This document shows, piece after piece, positions 29,154-41,654 of a stretch of DNA of 64,000 nucleotides (position 1 is its first letter; every line of letters begins with the position of its first letter). This DNA is from an uncultured Acidobacteriota bacterium. Its GTDB lineage: Bacteria > Acidobacteriota > Thermoanaerobaculia > Multivoradales > SZUA-115. Both the position numbers and the translations under genes were made by a program. The notes below the pieces were generated by a model. The model had not been told where the DNA came from, did no database searches, and saw nothing but the letters and a program-made list of their open reading frames with translations. The DNA is taken from contig CAWDVR010000001.1 of NCBI GenBank assembly GCA_963805975.1, positions 128,001 to 192,000 of the forward strand, written 5' to 3'.

Positions 29154-30737
29154 TCAGGCCTGGTGCTCGGGGCGCAGCAGGTCGAGCACCGTCTTGACCG
29201 GTGCGAAGGTCTCGGCCGGCACTTCGACCAGCACCGTGTGCCAGCCGGCCATGCCACCGTTCCACAGGCCGGGGTGCTCGAGCGCCTTGAGCGTGCGGTC
29301 GCCCAGGGTCTTGGTGGCGACGATCGCCGTGTCGGCGTCCACGAAGCGGCCCAGGTCGTAGGGGCGGCCGTGGCGATCGCGCATCGCGCACACCAGGTCG
29401 ACCGGGTTGAAGTGGGTGGCCCGCGCAAAGATCGCGGCCTGCTCCGCGTCCTCGGCGTCGACCTGGGCGCTCTCGACGATCTGCAGCGAGAGCCGGCCGC
29501 CCCGGCCTTGCACCCAGAAGGGGCCGCCCCCGGGCTCGCCACGGTTCTCCACCATGCCGCAGACCCGCAGCGGCCGGTCGAGCAGGGCGTGGAGAGCGGC
29601 GCGGCCCGCCTCTCCCGCGGGCAGGGGCTCGAGGTCAAGGCCCAGCCGCTCGCGGGCGAAGGCTTGGGCACGGGCCACCGCATCGCCGTCGCCGCCGGTT
29701 TCGAGCGCCTCCAGGTGGGCGAAGAGCTCGTTCCGGATCTCGATCAACAGCCCCGCGAGAAGCTTCTTCCAGCGCGCGACGGTGGGGAGGAAGCGCTGGG
29801 GGAGCACGTTGTCCACGTTCTTGATGAACACGAGATCGGTGCGGGCCTCGAGGCCCGCGGCGCGCTCGAGGTTGCCGAGGAGAGCGCCGTGACCTCCCGG
29901 GCGGAAGAGCAGCGAGCCGTCCTCCAGGCGGAAGGGGCGGTTCTCGACGTCGACGGCCAGAGTGTCGGTGGCCGGCTCCTGGTGAGAGAAGGAGACGGCG
30001 AGGCCGTGCCCGACCCGCGATTGGATCGGGCCGAGCTGGGCCGCGAACCGCTGCCGCTGCTCGGGAGCCACGGTGAAGTGCAGGCGGCTGGTGCCGGACC
30101 GGTCGCGCACGTAGGACGCCGCCTCGGCGAGGTGCTGCTCGAAGGCGGTCCGCAGGCCGCCCGGCTCGCGGTGGAAGGTGACGAGCGCCTTCGGCAGGTT
30201 GCCGTAGTCGAGACCGACGCGGTTCAGGAGGTGGGCGAAGATCGGCGCGTAGTCGCCGTCCGTACGACACGAGGTGAGCGACAGCCCGGAGCGCGCCATC
30301 GCCGTCGCGAGCTCGGAAGCGAAAGCAAAGCGGTCCAGGCGCTCGACCAGGGTCAGAACCTCGGCGGCGGCCGCGTCCCCCTGCTTGGCGGCGGCCTCGA
30401 GCGGCGCGCGGCGCAGGCGCTTGCGGTCGTTCGCCGCGGCCAGCGCCAGCGCCGCCTGGAACATGCGGGTCGCGGCGCCCGAGGCCGGCACGAACTTCAG
30501 GCCTCGGCCCTCCTTGGCCACCTCTTCTGCGAGGGCCACCAGCCGTTTCTCGTCCCCGCTCGGGATGCATCGGATGCCGTCCTCCAGGGTCGCCGGCCGT
30601 GCCAGCCGGATGGGCCGCGGCGGCTCGGCGAGCCGCGCGAGCTGCTGCTCGGCCGCGACGAGATCCATGCCGCGGGCCGCGATCTGTTCCCGGTCGGCCA
30701 CCGTCAAGCCCGTTGCCACGATCGAGGGATCAGCCAT
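29154..30737 (-). CDS. DUF4301-family protein (UGPase-like nucleotidyltransferase motifs)
   Basis: [70 protein letters not shown]. Confidence 0.88.
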   Translation of the reverse strand: MADPSIVATGLTVADREQIAARGMDLVAAEQQLARLAEPPRPIRLARPATLEDGIRCIPSGDEKRLVALAEEVAKEGRGLKFVPASGAATRMFQAALALAAANDRKRLRRAPLEAAAKQGDAAAAEVLTLVERLDRFAFASELATAMARSGLSLTSCRTDGDYAPIFAHLLNRVGLDYGNLPKALVTFHREPGGLRTAFEQHLAEAASYVRDRSGTSRLHFTVAPEQRQRFAAQLGPIQSRVGHGLAVSFSHQEPATDTLAVDVENRPFRLEDGSLLFRPGGHGALLGNLERAAGLEARTDLVFIKNVDNVLPQRFLPTVARWKKLLAGLLIEIRNELFAHLEALETGGDGDAVARAQAFARERLGLDLEPLPAGEAGRAALHALLDRPLRVCGMVENRGEPGGGPFWVQGRGGRLSLQIVESAQVDAEDAEQAAIFARATHFNPVDLVCAMRDRHGRPYDLGRFVDADTAIVATKTLGDRTLKALEHPGLWNGGMAGWHTVLVEVPAETFAPVKTVLDLLRPEHQA

Positions 30738-31281
30738 AGAGGGGCAGGCGGTCCATGGCGTCGGCGAGAGTCAGCGCCGCTTGGTCGCGGGCCGAGAGCA
30801 GGGGGAGGGCGATCGGCCAGACGATGCCGATCTCGGGGTCGTTCCAGGCGAGCGAGATCTCGTCGGCCGAGTCGTAGAAGTCCGTGCACTTGTACTCGAC
30901 CTCGGCCACGGCGGACAGCACACAGAAGCCGTGCGCGAAACCGGGCGGTACGTAGAGCTGGCTGAAGTCGTCGGCCGAGAGCGTGTAACCCACCCAGCGG
31001 CCGAAGGTGGGGGAGCCGCGCCGGATGTCCACCGCGACGTCGAAGATCTCGCCCACGACGGCCCGCACCAGCTTGCCCTGCGGCTTCCTGAGCTGCGCGT
31101 GCAGCCCGCGCAGCGTCCCCGCCGCCGAGCGCGAGTGGTTGTCCTGCACGAATGGCTCGGCGATGCCGCCGGCGCGGTACCTCTCGGCCTGGTAGGTCTC
31201 GAGAAAGAAACCGCGGGCGTCGCGAAACACGTCCGGCTCCACGAGGATTACGCCGGGCAGGTCGGTGGCTTGGAAGTTCAT
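30730..31281 (-). CDS. rfbC: dTDP-4-dehydrorhamnose 3,5-epimerase
   Basis: [33 protein letters not shown]. Confidence 0.95.
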   Translation of the reverse strand: MNFQATDLPGVILVEPDVFRDARGFFLETYQAERYRAGGIAEPFVQDNHSRSAAGTLRGLHAQLRKPQGKLVRAVVGEIFDVAVDIRRGSPTFGRWVGYTLSADDFSQLYVPPGFAHGFCVLSAVAEVEYKCTDFYDSADEISLAWNDPEIGIVWPIALPLLSARDQAALTLADAMDRLPLYG

Positions 31282-31297
31282 AGGGTTCTCGCCGCGG

Positions 31298-32389
<1,092 letters not shown>

Positions 32390-32417
32390 AGACCGGGTAG
32401 TATAGCTGCCGCTCATT

Positions 32418-32540
32418 GTGCATCAGCCAGCCCGCGGGTCCTGTCGGCCGCCGTCTCCCCGCTCCGCTCCTCCCTGCACAGCGATGTCCGGTGCTCGCGG
32501 GGCCCCTCGCCGGCCGCCACCCGCGAGCTGGCTGATGCAC
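32418..32540. repeat. 123-bp element bounded by 22-bp inverted repeats (MITE/REPIN-like)
   Basis: GTGCATCAGCCAGCCCGCGGGT ... ACCCGCGAGCTGGCTGATGCAC (one mismatch). Confidence 0.65.
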
Positions 32541-32570
32541 GGCTTGGAGCTGGTAAAGTCGCCGGCCGCC

Positions 32571-33374
32571 ATGAGTCTCCTCGAGGCCATCGTCCTGGGC
32601 CTGATCCAGGGCGCTTCCGAGTTCCTGCCGATCAGCTCCTCCGGTCATCTCATCCTGCTGCCCAAGCTCCTGGGCTGGCAGGATCACAGCCTCGCCTTCG
32701 ACGAAGCGCTGAACACCGGCACGCTGCTGGCGGTGATCCTCTACTTCCGCCACGAGCTGGCGCGCCTCACGCGCGCCGGCCTCGCCTCGTTGCGGCGCCC
32801 GGCAGAGCTCGACTCCGACGGGCGCCTCGCGTGGCAGCTCGCGGTGGCCACCCTGCCCGCGGCCGTGGCGGGGCTGTTGTTGCACGACTGGATCGCCGGC
32901 GAGGCCAGGAACCCGGTGCTGATCGCCTGCAATTTGATCGGGTTCGGCCTCCTGCTCTTCCTGGCGGACCGCTTCGGCCGCCGCGTGCGGGAGATGGCGA
33001 GCCTCGCCTGGAGCGATGCGATGCTGATCGGCTTGGCGCAGGCCCTGGCCCTGGTGCCCGGCACCTCCCGCTCCGGCGTCACCATGACCATGGCGCTGCT
33101 CCTGGGCCTCACCCGGCCGGCGGCGGCGCGCTTCTCCTTCCTGCTCTCCGTGCCGGTCGGCCTGCTGGTGGCGGCGCACGACGCGCTGGCGCTGGCGAAA
33201 GGCGGCGTGGCGACCGCCGACCTGCCGGCCCTGGGGGTGGCGGTCGCCGCCTCGGCCGTCTCCGGCTTCTTGGTGATCGGCTGGCTGCTCGCCTGGCTCC
33301 GCCGCCAGAGCATGGCGGTCTTCACCGCCTACCGCATGGCGCTGGGAATCGTGATCCTGGCCCTGTTTCTGTAG
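32571..33374 (+). CDS. uppP: Undecaprenyl-diphosphate phosphatase
   Basis: QGASEFLPISSSGHL, PGTSRSG.T, AARFSFLL. Confidence 0.95.
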   Translation: MSLLEAIVLGLIQGASEFLPISSSGHLILLPKLLGWQDHSLAFDEALNTGTLLAVILYFRHELARLTRAGLASLRRPAELDSDGRLAWQLAVATLPAAVAGLLLHDWIAGEARNPVLIACNLIGFGLLLFLADRFGRRVREMASLAWSDAMLIGLAQALALVPGTSRSGVTMTMALLLGLTRPAAARFSFLLSVPVGLLVAAHDALALAKGGVATADLPALGVAVAASAVSGFLVIGWLLAWLRRQSMAVFTAYRMALGIVILALFL

Positions 33375-33376
33375 CT

Positions 33377-35162
33377 CTACGCCGCCGGCAGGGTGATGCG
33401 GAAGGTGGAGCCGATGCCTTCCTTGCTCTCGACGTCGACCTTGCCGCCGTGGAGCTGCGCGATGTGCTTGACGATGGCGAGCCCGAGGCCGGTGCCGCCT
33501 TCCTCGCGCGAGCGCCCCTTGTCCACGCGGTAGAAGCGCTCGAAAAGGCGCGGCAGCGCCGACGCCGGGATGCCGATGCCGGTGTCGATCACCTGCAGCA
33601 CGATCGAGGCGCCGCGGGGAGCGAGCGCCACTGCCACCTTGCCGCCGGGCCGGTTGTACTTGACCGCGTTGTCCAGCAGGTTGACGACCAGCCGCTCGAG
33701 GCTCGCGGGGTGGCCGGCCACCGGCGGCGCGGGCTCGAGATCGAGGCGGATCTCGACCCCCTTCTCGCGCGCCGTCTCGGCCACCAGCTCCACCGCCCGC
33801 TCGACCAGCGGCGCCAGCTCCAGGCGCTCGCTGGGCAGCGCGGCGGTGTCCACGCTCTCGAGGCGCGAGAGGGTGAGCAGATCGTCGAGCAGGACCTGGA
33901 GCCGCCGGCACTGCACCAGGATGCGCTCGGTGAAGCGGCGGGCCGCGGGGCCGTCGTCCAAGGCGCCGTCGCGCAGCGTCTCGGCGTAGCCGCGGATCGC
34001 GGACAGCGGCGTCTTGAGCTCGTGCGAGACGTTGGCCACGAAGTCGCGCCGCATCTTGGTGAGGAGGGTGAAGGCCGTGGTGTCGCGGGCCACCACCACC
34101 GCGCCCTGGCCCGGGCCGAGCGAGGCGCTGGCGAGCGACAGCGAGCGCGGCTCGGGCAGCTCGATCTCGAGCTCCGCGGTCTCGGCGGTGCCGTGCTCGA
34201 GCGTCGCCTGGACGATCTCCGCCAGCCGCGGCTGGCGGGTGATCTCGAGCGCCGCGCGGCCGGCCACGTCCTCGGCGAGCGAGAACAGGCGGGCGAAGGC
34301 CGGGTTGCCGTACTGGGCCGTGCCGTCCGCGCCTACCACCAGCACGCCCTCGGACATGCTGGCGAGGATGGTGCGCAGGTGGTCGCGCTCCTCCTCGGCG
34401 GCGTGGATCTGCTGCTGCACCGAGACCGACAGCCGGTTGAGCGCCGAGGCGAGCGAGCGGAGCTGATCGTCCTCGGGCAGGGCGATGCGCGGCTGGTGCT
34501 CGCCGCCGGCCATGCGGCCGGCGCCCTGGATGATGTCGAGGAGCGGCTTCAGGAATCGGCGGTCGAGCCACAGCGAGATCACGGCCAGGGCCGCCAGGGC
34601 GGCGCCCAGCGACGGCAGCAGGGCGAGCAGGACGCGGCTCTCCCAGAGGTCGAGCGCGGCCACGGGCTGGGCGAGGCGCAGCAGGAGGGCGCGGCCGTCG
34701 GCGGTCGGGATCCGCCGCGCGGCGTAGACGTACTCGAGGCCGGTGGTGGCGCTCGCCCGCGTGGCCCAGCCCTCGCCGCGCTCGAGGGCGGCCTGCACCT
34801 CGGGCCGCCCGGCGTGGCTCTCGAGGCCGCCGATCTCGGCCGGAACCACGGCGCTGTCCGCGAGCACGGTGCCGTCGAGCCCCAGCACCGTGATCCGGAG
34901 CTCGCTCGCCGCGGGCAGTCTGCGCGACCCAGGTCTCGAGCTCGGCCGCGGCGTCCGTTGGAGAGGAGGCTCGAGCGCCGGCGGCGCTCCAGCGCTCGGC
35001 GATCATCGGTGCCAGCAGCTTCGAGGTGTCGAGGAGCTGCTGCGCGGCGCTCTTCTCGATGGTCGCCGGCAGCAGTTGCCAGAGCACGGCGGCGGCGGTC
35101 GCCGCCGCCGCCAGCGCCGGCACCAGCGGCGCCAGCCTCAGCTTCCAGGAGGACGCGGCCAT
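33377..35162 (-). pseudogene. phoR: PhoR-like sensor kinase with a +1 frameshift near 34913-34915 (real or sequencing error)
   Basis: N-terminal TM in one frame; ELRITV..DGTVLADS, H..RPEV, HAMP/PAS, DFVANVSHELKTPL and FERFYRVDKGRSR..GGTGLGL in the next frame. Confidence 0.8.
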
Positions 35163-35176
35163 GCGCGCAACCCGCG

Positions 35177-35864
35177 CTAGGTGCGCAGGCGGTAGCCGAC
35201 GCCGATCACCGTCTCGATGCGGTCGGCCTCGGGGCCGAGCTTGCGGCGCAGGCGGCGGATGTGGGTGTCGACGGTGCGGCTGTCCACGTCCTCGGCGTAG
35301 CCCCAGACGTCGGCGAGCAGGCGCGCCCGGGTCTGCACCCTGCCGGCGCGTTCGAGCAGCACCTTCAGCAGCCGGAACTCGGTGGCGGTCAGCGGCACCT
35401 CGCGGCCGCGCGACCTCGAGCCGGTGGGCGGAGAGGCCGAGGCGGATCTTGCCCAGCTCCAGCGCCTCGTCCGGCTGCGCCTCGGCGCCGCGGCCGCGGC
35501 GCAGCACGGCACGGATGCGCAGCACCACCTCGCGCGGGCTGAACGGCTTGGGGATGTAGTCGTCGGCGCCCAGCTCCAGGCCGACGATGCGGTCGACCTC
35601 CTCGCTCTTGGCGGTGAGCATGACGAGGGGGATGGCGGCGGTGGCGGCGTCCCGCTTCAGGCTGCGGGTGACCTCGAGGCCGCCCAGGCCGGGGAGCATG
35701 AGGTCGAGAAGGATGAGCTGCGGCGGCTTCTGGCGGATGCGCTCGACGGCGGTGTCGCCGCGCGGGATGACCTCCACCTCGAAGCCTTCTTTCTCGAGGT
35801 TGTAGCGCAGGACCTCGCCGATATCCGGCTCGTCCTCGACGATTGCGATGCGTTCCGGGCTCAC
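35177..35864 (-). pseudogene. phoB: PhoB/PhoP-like response regulator with a +1 frameshift near 35408-35412 (real or sequencing error)
   Basis: Receiver domain (IVEDEPDI, LDLMLPG, GADDYIPKPFSPREV) in one frame; winged helix (LTATEFRLL, SRTVDTHIRRLRRKL) in the next. Confidence 0.8.
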
Positions 35865-35884
35865 GCGAGCAGGCTAGCACGGAG

Positions 35885-36138
35885 TTCTCCACAGGAGCTG
35901 TGGAAAACCCTGTGCAAAACGGGCACTGAAACCGTCTCCACCCGCAGAGAAACCGGGGTTTCAGCGCTTTGAACAGAACCTTGTGCAACTGAGCTAAGCC
36001 ATTGAAAACACTCACTCGTCAACAACCGATCCCGCAGCGCGAAAAACCAGACTGTCCACCTTGCAGGACAGTTTTCCGCAGGAGCTTTGTGACGCCCTTT
36101 TGACGGCTCTGCTAACCCTTTGTAACACCAGAGGTTAG
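35885..36138. other. Cluster of DnaA-box-like 9-mers with IHF-like sites (oriC/datA/DARS-like)
   Basis: TTCTCCACA 35885, TGTGGAAAA 35899, TGTGCAAAA 35911, CTGTCCACC 36052, TTTTCCGCA 36072; TAAGCCATTGAAA 35995. Confidence 0.55.
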
Positions 36139-36242
36139 AGAGCGAGACCGAGCGCCGGCCGAGGCTCGGGCAAGTGGCGCCGGGGCCACCACCGCAGTCA
36201 TGATCCGGCTGTGATAGCGTCCGCCGCTCGGAGGCTCAAACC

Positions 36243-37328
36243 CTGAAGCGAACCCCGCTCTACGAGTGTCACCGGGAGGCTGGAGCCCGACTGGTCGAGT
36301 TCGCCGGTTGGGAGATGCCGGTCCAGTACACGGGCGTCATGGAGGAGCACCGCGCGGTCCGCGAGGCTGCCGGCCTCTTCGACGTCTCGCACATGGGCGA
36401 GGTGCGCGTCACCGGCCCCGGGGCCCTCGCCTTCGTCCAGCGCCTCACCCCCAACGACGTCACCAAGCTCACCCCCGGGCGTGCGCACTACAGCGGCCTG
36501 CTCAACGAGCGCGGCACCTATCTCGACGACATCCTGGTCTATCGCATCGGGCCGGAAGAGCTGCTGCTGGTCGTCAACGCGTCGAACGCGGACCAGGACT
36601 TCGCCTGGATCGCGAGCCACGCCGACGCCTCGGTCACGGTCGAGAACGTCTCCGACGACTACGCCTTGCTCGCCCTCCAGGGCCCCAAGGCGATCGACAT
36701 CCTCCAGCGCCTGACCCAGACCGACCTCGCCGCGATCCGCTACTACCGCTTCGCCACCGGCGAGGTGGACGGTCGCCCGGCGATCCTGTCGCGCACCGGC
36801 TACACCGGCGAGGAGGGCTTCGAGCTCTACGTGGCGCCCGGCGACGCCGCCCACCTCTGGCGGACGCTCCTCGCCACCGGCGCCGGCGACGGCCTGGTTC
36901 CCACCGGCCTCGGAGCGCGCGACACCCTGCGCCTCGAGGCCGGCATGGCGCTCTACGGCCACGAGATCGACGATACGACCACCCCCTGGGAGGCCGGGCT
37001 CGACTGGGTGGTGAAGCTCGACGCCGGCGACTTCATCGGCCGCCAGGCCCTGGTCGAGCAGAAGGAGCGCGGCGTCGCGCGCCGCCTGGTCGGCTTCGAG
37101 GTCGAGGGCCGCGGCATCGCCCGCCAGGGTCACGAAGTTCTGGCCGAGGGCAAGGTCGTGGGGGCCGTGACCAGCGGTACCTGGAGCCCCACCTTCGGCA
37201 AGGCGCTCGGCATGGCCTACGCGCCCATCGGCCTGTCGGCGGCGGGCACCCCGGTCGAGCTCTCGGTGCGCGGCAAGCCGCTTGCGGCGCGCGTCGTCGA
37301 GCTGCCGTTCTACCAACGGGCGAAATGA
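36243..37328 (+). CDS. gcvT: Glycine cleavage system T protein (probable CTG start)
   Basis: [56 protein letters not shown]; GGAGG 8 nt before the CTG. Confidence 0.95.
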   Translation: MKRTPLYECHREAGARLVEFAGWEMPVQYTGVMEEHRAVREAAGLFDVSHMGEVRVTGPGALAFVQRLTPNDVTKLTPGRAHYSGLLNERGTYLDDILVYRIGPEELLLVVNASNADQDFAWIASHADASVTVENVSDDYALLALQGPKAIDILQRLTQTDLAAIRYYRFATGEVDGRPAILSRTGYTGEEGFELYVAPGDAAHLWRTLLATGAGDGLVPTGLGARDTLRLEAGMALYGHEIDDTTTPWEAGLDWVVKLDAGDFIGRQALVEQKERGVARRLVGFEVEGRGIARQGHEVLAEGKVVGAVTSGTWSPTFGKALGMAYAPIGLSAAGTPVELSVRGKPLAARVVELPFYQRAK

Positions 37329-37372
37329 CGGTGTCGGGGTTCGAGAGTCCGGCGCCAAGGAGAGCATGACCG

Positions 37373-37765
37373 ATGTCCAACTATCCGAGCGCTTACCTCT
37401 ATACCGAGGAGCACGAGTGGGTCCGCGTCGACGGCGACCTGTGCGTTCTCGGCATCACCGAGTTCGCCCAGCACGAGCTGGGGGAGGTGGTCTTCGTCGA
37501 GCTGCCCGAGGTCGGGCAGGTGTTCGACGCCAAGGACGAGATCGGCACCATCGAGTCGGTGAAAGCCGTCGCCGAGGTCTACACACCGGTCGCCGGTGAG
37601 GTGGTCGAGATCAACGACGCGGTGGTCGAGGATCCGGAGCTGCTCAACGAGGATCCGCACGGCGACGGCTGGCTGGTGAAGTTCCGTTTCTCCTCGTCGA
37701 ACGACCTCAAGTCCCTGATGAGTGCCGAGAAGTACGAGGAGTTCGTCAAGCAGGGCGGGGAGTGA
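37373..37765 (+). CDS. gcvH: Glycine cleavage system H protein
   Basis: HEWV, GITEFAQ..LG, ESVKA lipoyl-lysine motif. Confidence 0.97.
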   Translation: MSNYPSAYLYTEEHEWVRVDGDLCVLGITEFAQHELGEVVFVELPEVGQVFDAKDEIGTIESVKAVAEVYTPVAGEVVEINDAVVEDPELLNEDPHGDGWLVKFRFSSSNDLKSLMSAEKYEEFVKQGGE

Positions 37766-37769
37766 GGCG

Positions 37770-39158
37770 TTGACGGCGGCCCATCGCTACCTCTCGCTCG
37801 GCGGCGAAGACCGCGAAGAGATGCTCGGCGCCCTGGGCGTCGACTCGGTCGAGCGTCTGTTCGACGCCCTGCCGCCGGCGGTCCGGCTGGGCGCGCCTCT
37901 CGCCATCGAGGGTCCGCTCTCGGACCAGGAGCTGCGGCGCCGCTTCCGTGGCTTCGAAGCGGCCAACCGCGTGGCCGGCCGCGACCTCGCGAGCTTCCTG
38001 GGCGCGGGCGCCTACCGCCACGACACGCCGGCCGCGGTCGATCACCTGATCCAGCGCGGCGAGTTCCTCACCGTCTACACGCCCTACCAGCCGGAGATGA
38101 GCCAGGGCACCTTGCAGGCCATCTTCGAGTTCCAGACCTTCATGTCGCTCCTGACCGGCCTGCCGGCGGCCAACGCCTCGCTCTACGACGGCGCCAGCGC
38201 CTTCGCCGAGGCCGTGCTGATGGCCGTGCGCGTGGGCAAGAAGCGGCGCAAGGTGGTGATCTCGCGCGCCCTTCACCCGCAGTACCGGCAGACCCTTGCC
38301 ACCTACGCTCAGAACTTGGATCTCACCGTCGTCGAGGTCGGCTGGGACGAGACCGGCGCCACCGACGCCCAGGCCCTGGCCGCGGCGCTCGACGCCGAGA
38401 CCGCCTGCGTCGCCGTGCAGTCGCCCAACTACTTCGGCGTCGTCGAGAGCTGGGACGGCGCCTCCGCCGCCGCGCATGCGGCCGGAGCACTCGCGATCGG
38501 CGTGGTGGCCGAGGCCCTGAGCCTGGCGCTCTTGAAGAGCCCGGGCGAGGGCGGCTGCGACATCGCCTGCGGCGAGGCCCAGTCCTTCGGCCTGGCGCTC
38601 GCTTTCGGCGGACCCTACCTGGGTTTCCTCGCGGCGCGCGACGAGTTCAAGCGCGCCATGCCGGGCCGACTGGTGGGGCAGACCGTGGACGAGGAGGGTC
38701 GCCGCGCCTGGGTGCTGACGCTCGCCACTCGCGAGCAGCACATCCGCCGCGAGAAGGCGACCTCGAACATCTGCACCAACGTCGCGCTCTGCGCGCTGGC
38801 TGCGACCATCTATCTCTCGCTCCACGGCAAGGTGGGCCTGCGGCGGCTGGCGGAGATCAACCTGCAACGCGCCGCCTCGCTCTCGCGCCGGCTGTCCGCC
38901 GCCGGCACGGGGTTGAAGCGGCGCTTCTCGGGGCCGGTCTTCAACGAGCTGACGTTCGCCGCCACGGCACCGGTGCCGGAGCTGCTCGCGGAGCTGCTGT
39001 CCGCCGGTGTGCTGGCGGGCGTGCCGCTCGGCGACGACTACCCGGAGCTCGGCGACTGCTTCACCCTGGCGGTCACCGAGACCAACCCGCCGTCCGACCT
39101 CGACAAGCTGGTGGCCGAGGCCGGCCGCCTCGCTGGCCGCGCGACCGTCCCCGCCTGA
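37770..39158 (+). CDS. gcvPA: Glycine dehydrogenase subunit 1
   Basis: FLGAGAY, YTPYQPEMSQG, NASLYDGA, REQHIRREKATSNICTN; TTG start. Confidence 0.96.
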   Translation: MTAAHRYLSLGGEDREEMLGALGVDSVERLFDALPPAVRLGAPLAIEGPLSDQELRRRFRGFEAANRVAGRDLASFLGAGAYRHDTPAAVDHLIQRGEFLTVYTPYQPEMSQGTLQAIFEFQTFMSLLTGLPAANASLYDGASAFAEAVLMAVRVGKKRRKVVISRALHPQYRQTLATYAQNLDLTVVEVGWDETGATDAQALAAALDAETACVAVQSPNYFGVVESWDGASAAAHAAGALAIGVVAEALSLALLKSPGEGGCDIACGEAQSFGLALAFGGPYLGFLAARDEFKRAMPGRLVGQTVDEEGRRAWVLTLATREQHIRREKATSNICTNVALCALAATIYLSLHGKVGLRRLAEINLQRAASLSRRLSAAGTGLKRRFSGPVFNELTFAATAPVPELLAELLSAGVLAGVPLGDDYPELGDCFTLAVTETNPPSDLDKLVAEAGRLAGRATVPA

Positions 39159-39167
39159 GGAACTGCC

Positions 39168-40673
<1,506 letters not shown>

Positions 40674-40781
40674 GAGAGTCCCGCCCTCGCGCTTCCGGCG
40701 GGCCCGGGGCCCCCCTGGCCGGGAATCGGCTCGGGCTGGTGCGCGGTCGAGCGGGATCGCCCTCGCCTGCGTTCGGCTCGC

Positions 40782-40843
40782 ACCCAACATGCCGAGGCAG
40801 CGAGCGCGCTTCGCGGGCGCCACTGATCGGCAACCCGTCAGGT
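40782..40843 (+). mobile_element. Degenerate integron attC site (no integrase in window)
   Basis: ACCCAAC (R'') ..ccgaggcagcg (L'') ..gcgcttcgc.. actgatcgg (L') ..GTCAGGT (R'), 62 bp. Confidence 0.55.
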
Positions 40844-40925
40844 GCCACGAAGAGAACCGGAGTCGTTCGCCCACGGGCCAAACGGGCTAAGCTATCTTGG
40901 AGTGGAAGGTATCCAGGGGCAGTAG

Positions 40926-41105
40926 ATGGATGACAGCAAACGCAAGAATCGCGAAGCTGGACTCAATTCCGCTGCTACGAAGGGTGAGGTGGAGCGCAGG
41001 CGAGCCGCGCACATGGCGAACTGGACGAGAAAGTTCGGCAAGAACGACAAGGAGAACCCATTCTCTAGAGCGAACTACTATTCGCGCGGGAAACCATGTC
41101 CCTAG
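40926..41105 (+). CDS. Small basic hypothetical protein, 59 aa (cassette-like)
   Basis: Read by hand: MDDSKRKNREAGLNSAATKGEVERRRAAHMANWTRKFGKNDKENPFSRANYYSRGKPCP*; AGGGG upstream. Confidence 0.55.
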   Translation: MDDSKRKNREAGLNSAATKGEVERRRAAHMANWTRKFGKNDKENPFSRANYYSRGKPCP

Positions 41106-41160
41106 CCGATCGGCCGAACGGCTTGCTGCGTTCCTTGGGTGGCGGCGAATGGAGAGGCGA

Positions 41161-41454
41161 ATGAGCCCATCGACCATGCTGAAGCACCCGAGCGCGTTCG
41201 TTCCCGTTGTGATGTCCCTCGCTGCTCTCGCCATCGTTGTGGTGTTCCTCGCCTTGCACGGAACCGCACCCCAAGAGGATGAGGGTACGGCTGCCCACAT
41301 CTGGCAGCTCCTCATGGCTGCCCAAGTACCGATTGTTGGGTTCTTCGCGATCAAATGGCTGCCGCAATCACCAAGACAGGCTGTGCCCATCCTGGGCCTG
41401 CAGGTTGCCGCTGCGCTGGCAGCGATGGCACCCGTTTTCCTGCTTCACTGGTAG
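41161..41454 (+). CDS. Small three-TM hypothetical protein, 97 aa (cassette-like)
   Basis: MSPSTMLKHPSAFVP..DEGTAAHIWQLLM..APVFLLHW; GGAGAGG RBS; atypical codon usage. Confidence 0.75.
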   Translation: MSPSTMLKHPSAFVPVVMSLAALAIVVVFLALHGTAPQEDEGTAAHIWQLLMAAQVPIVGFFAIKWLPQSPRQAVPILGLQVAAALAAMAPVFLLHW

Positions 41455-41654
41455 GGGGCACTGCAGGTCGGCTAATGCCGCGGCGCAGCGCTGCGCCATG
41501 CGTTGCCAGACCCGGACGGCCGGCACAGGTCCGGCCGCTACGTCTTGACCTGGCCTGTCCCCGCCGGGAGCCTCCGGACACGCCGAAGCGCGGGGGTGCG
41601 GCCAGCGGCCAGCGATTGCAGCGGGATAGACTCCACGCCGTCGAGGATCTGCCC

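Noticed and set aside
35870-36242. Glycine riboswitch upstream of gcvT
   Set aside because: The GGAGA/CCGAAG/CTCTCAGG aptamer motifs are not found, and the apparent promoter lies only about 20 nt before the start.
40897-41454. 185-aa ORF as listed
   Set aside because: Only the last 97 codons look coding (RBS and ATG at 41161). The upstream part is better explained by a separate 59-aa ORF in another frame.
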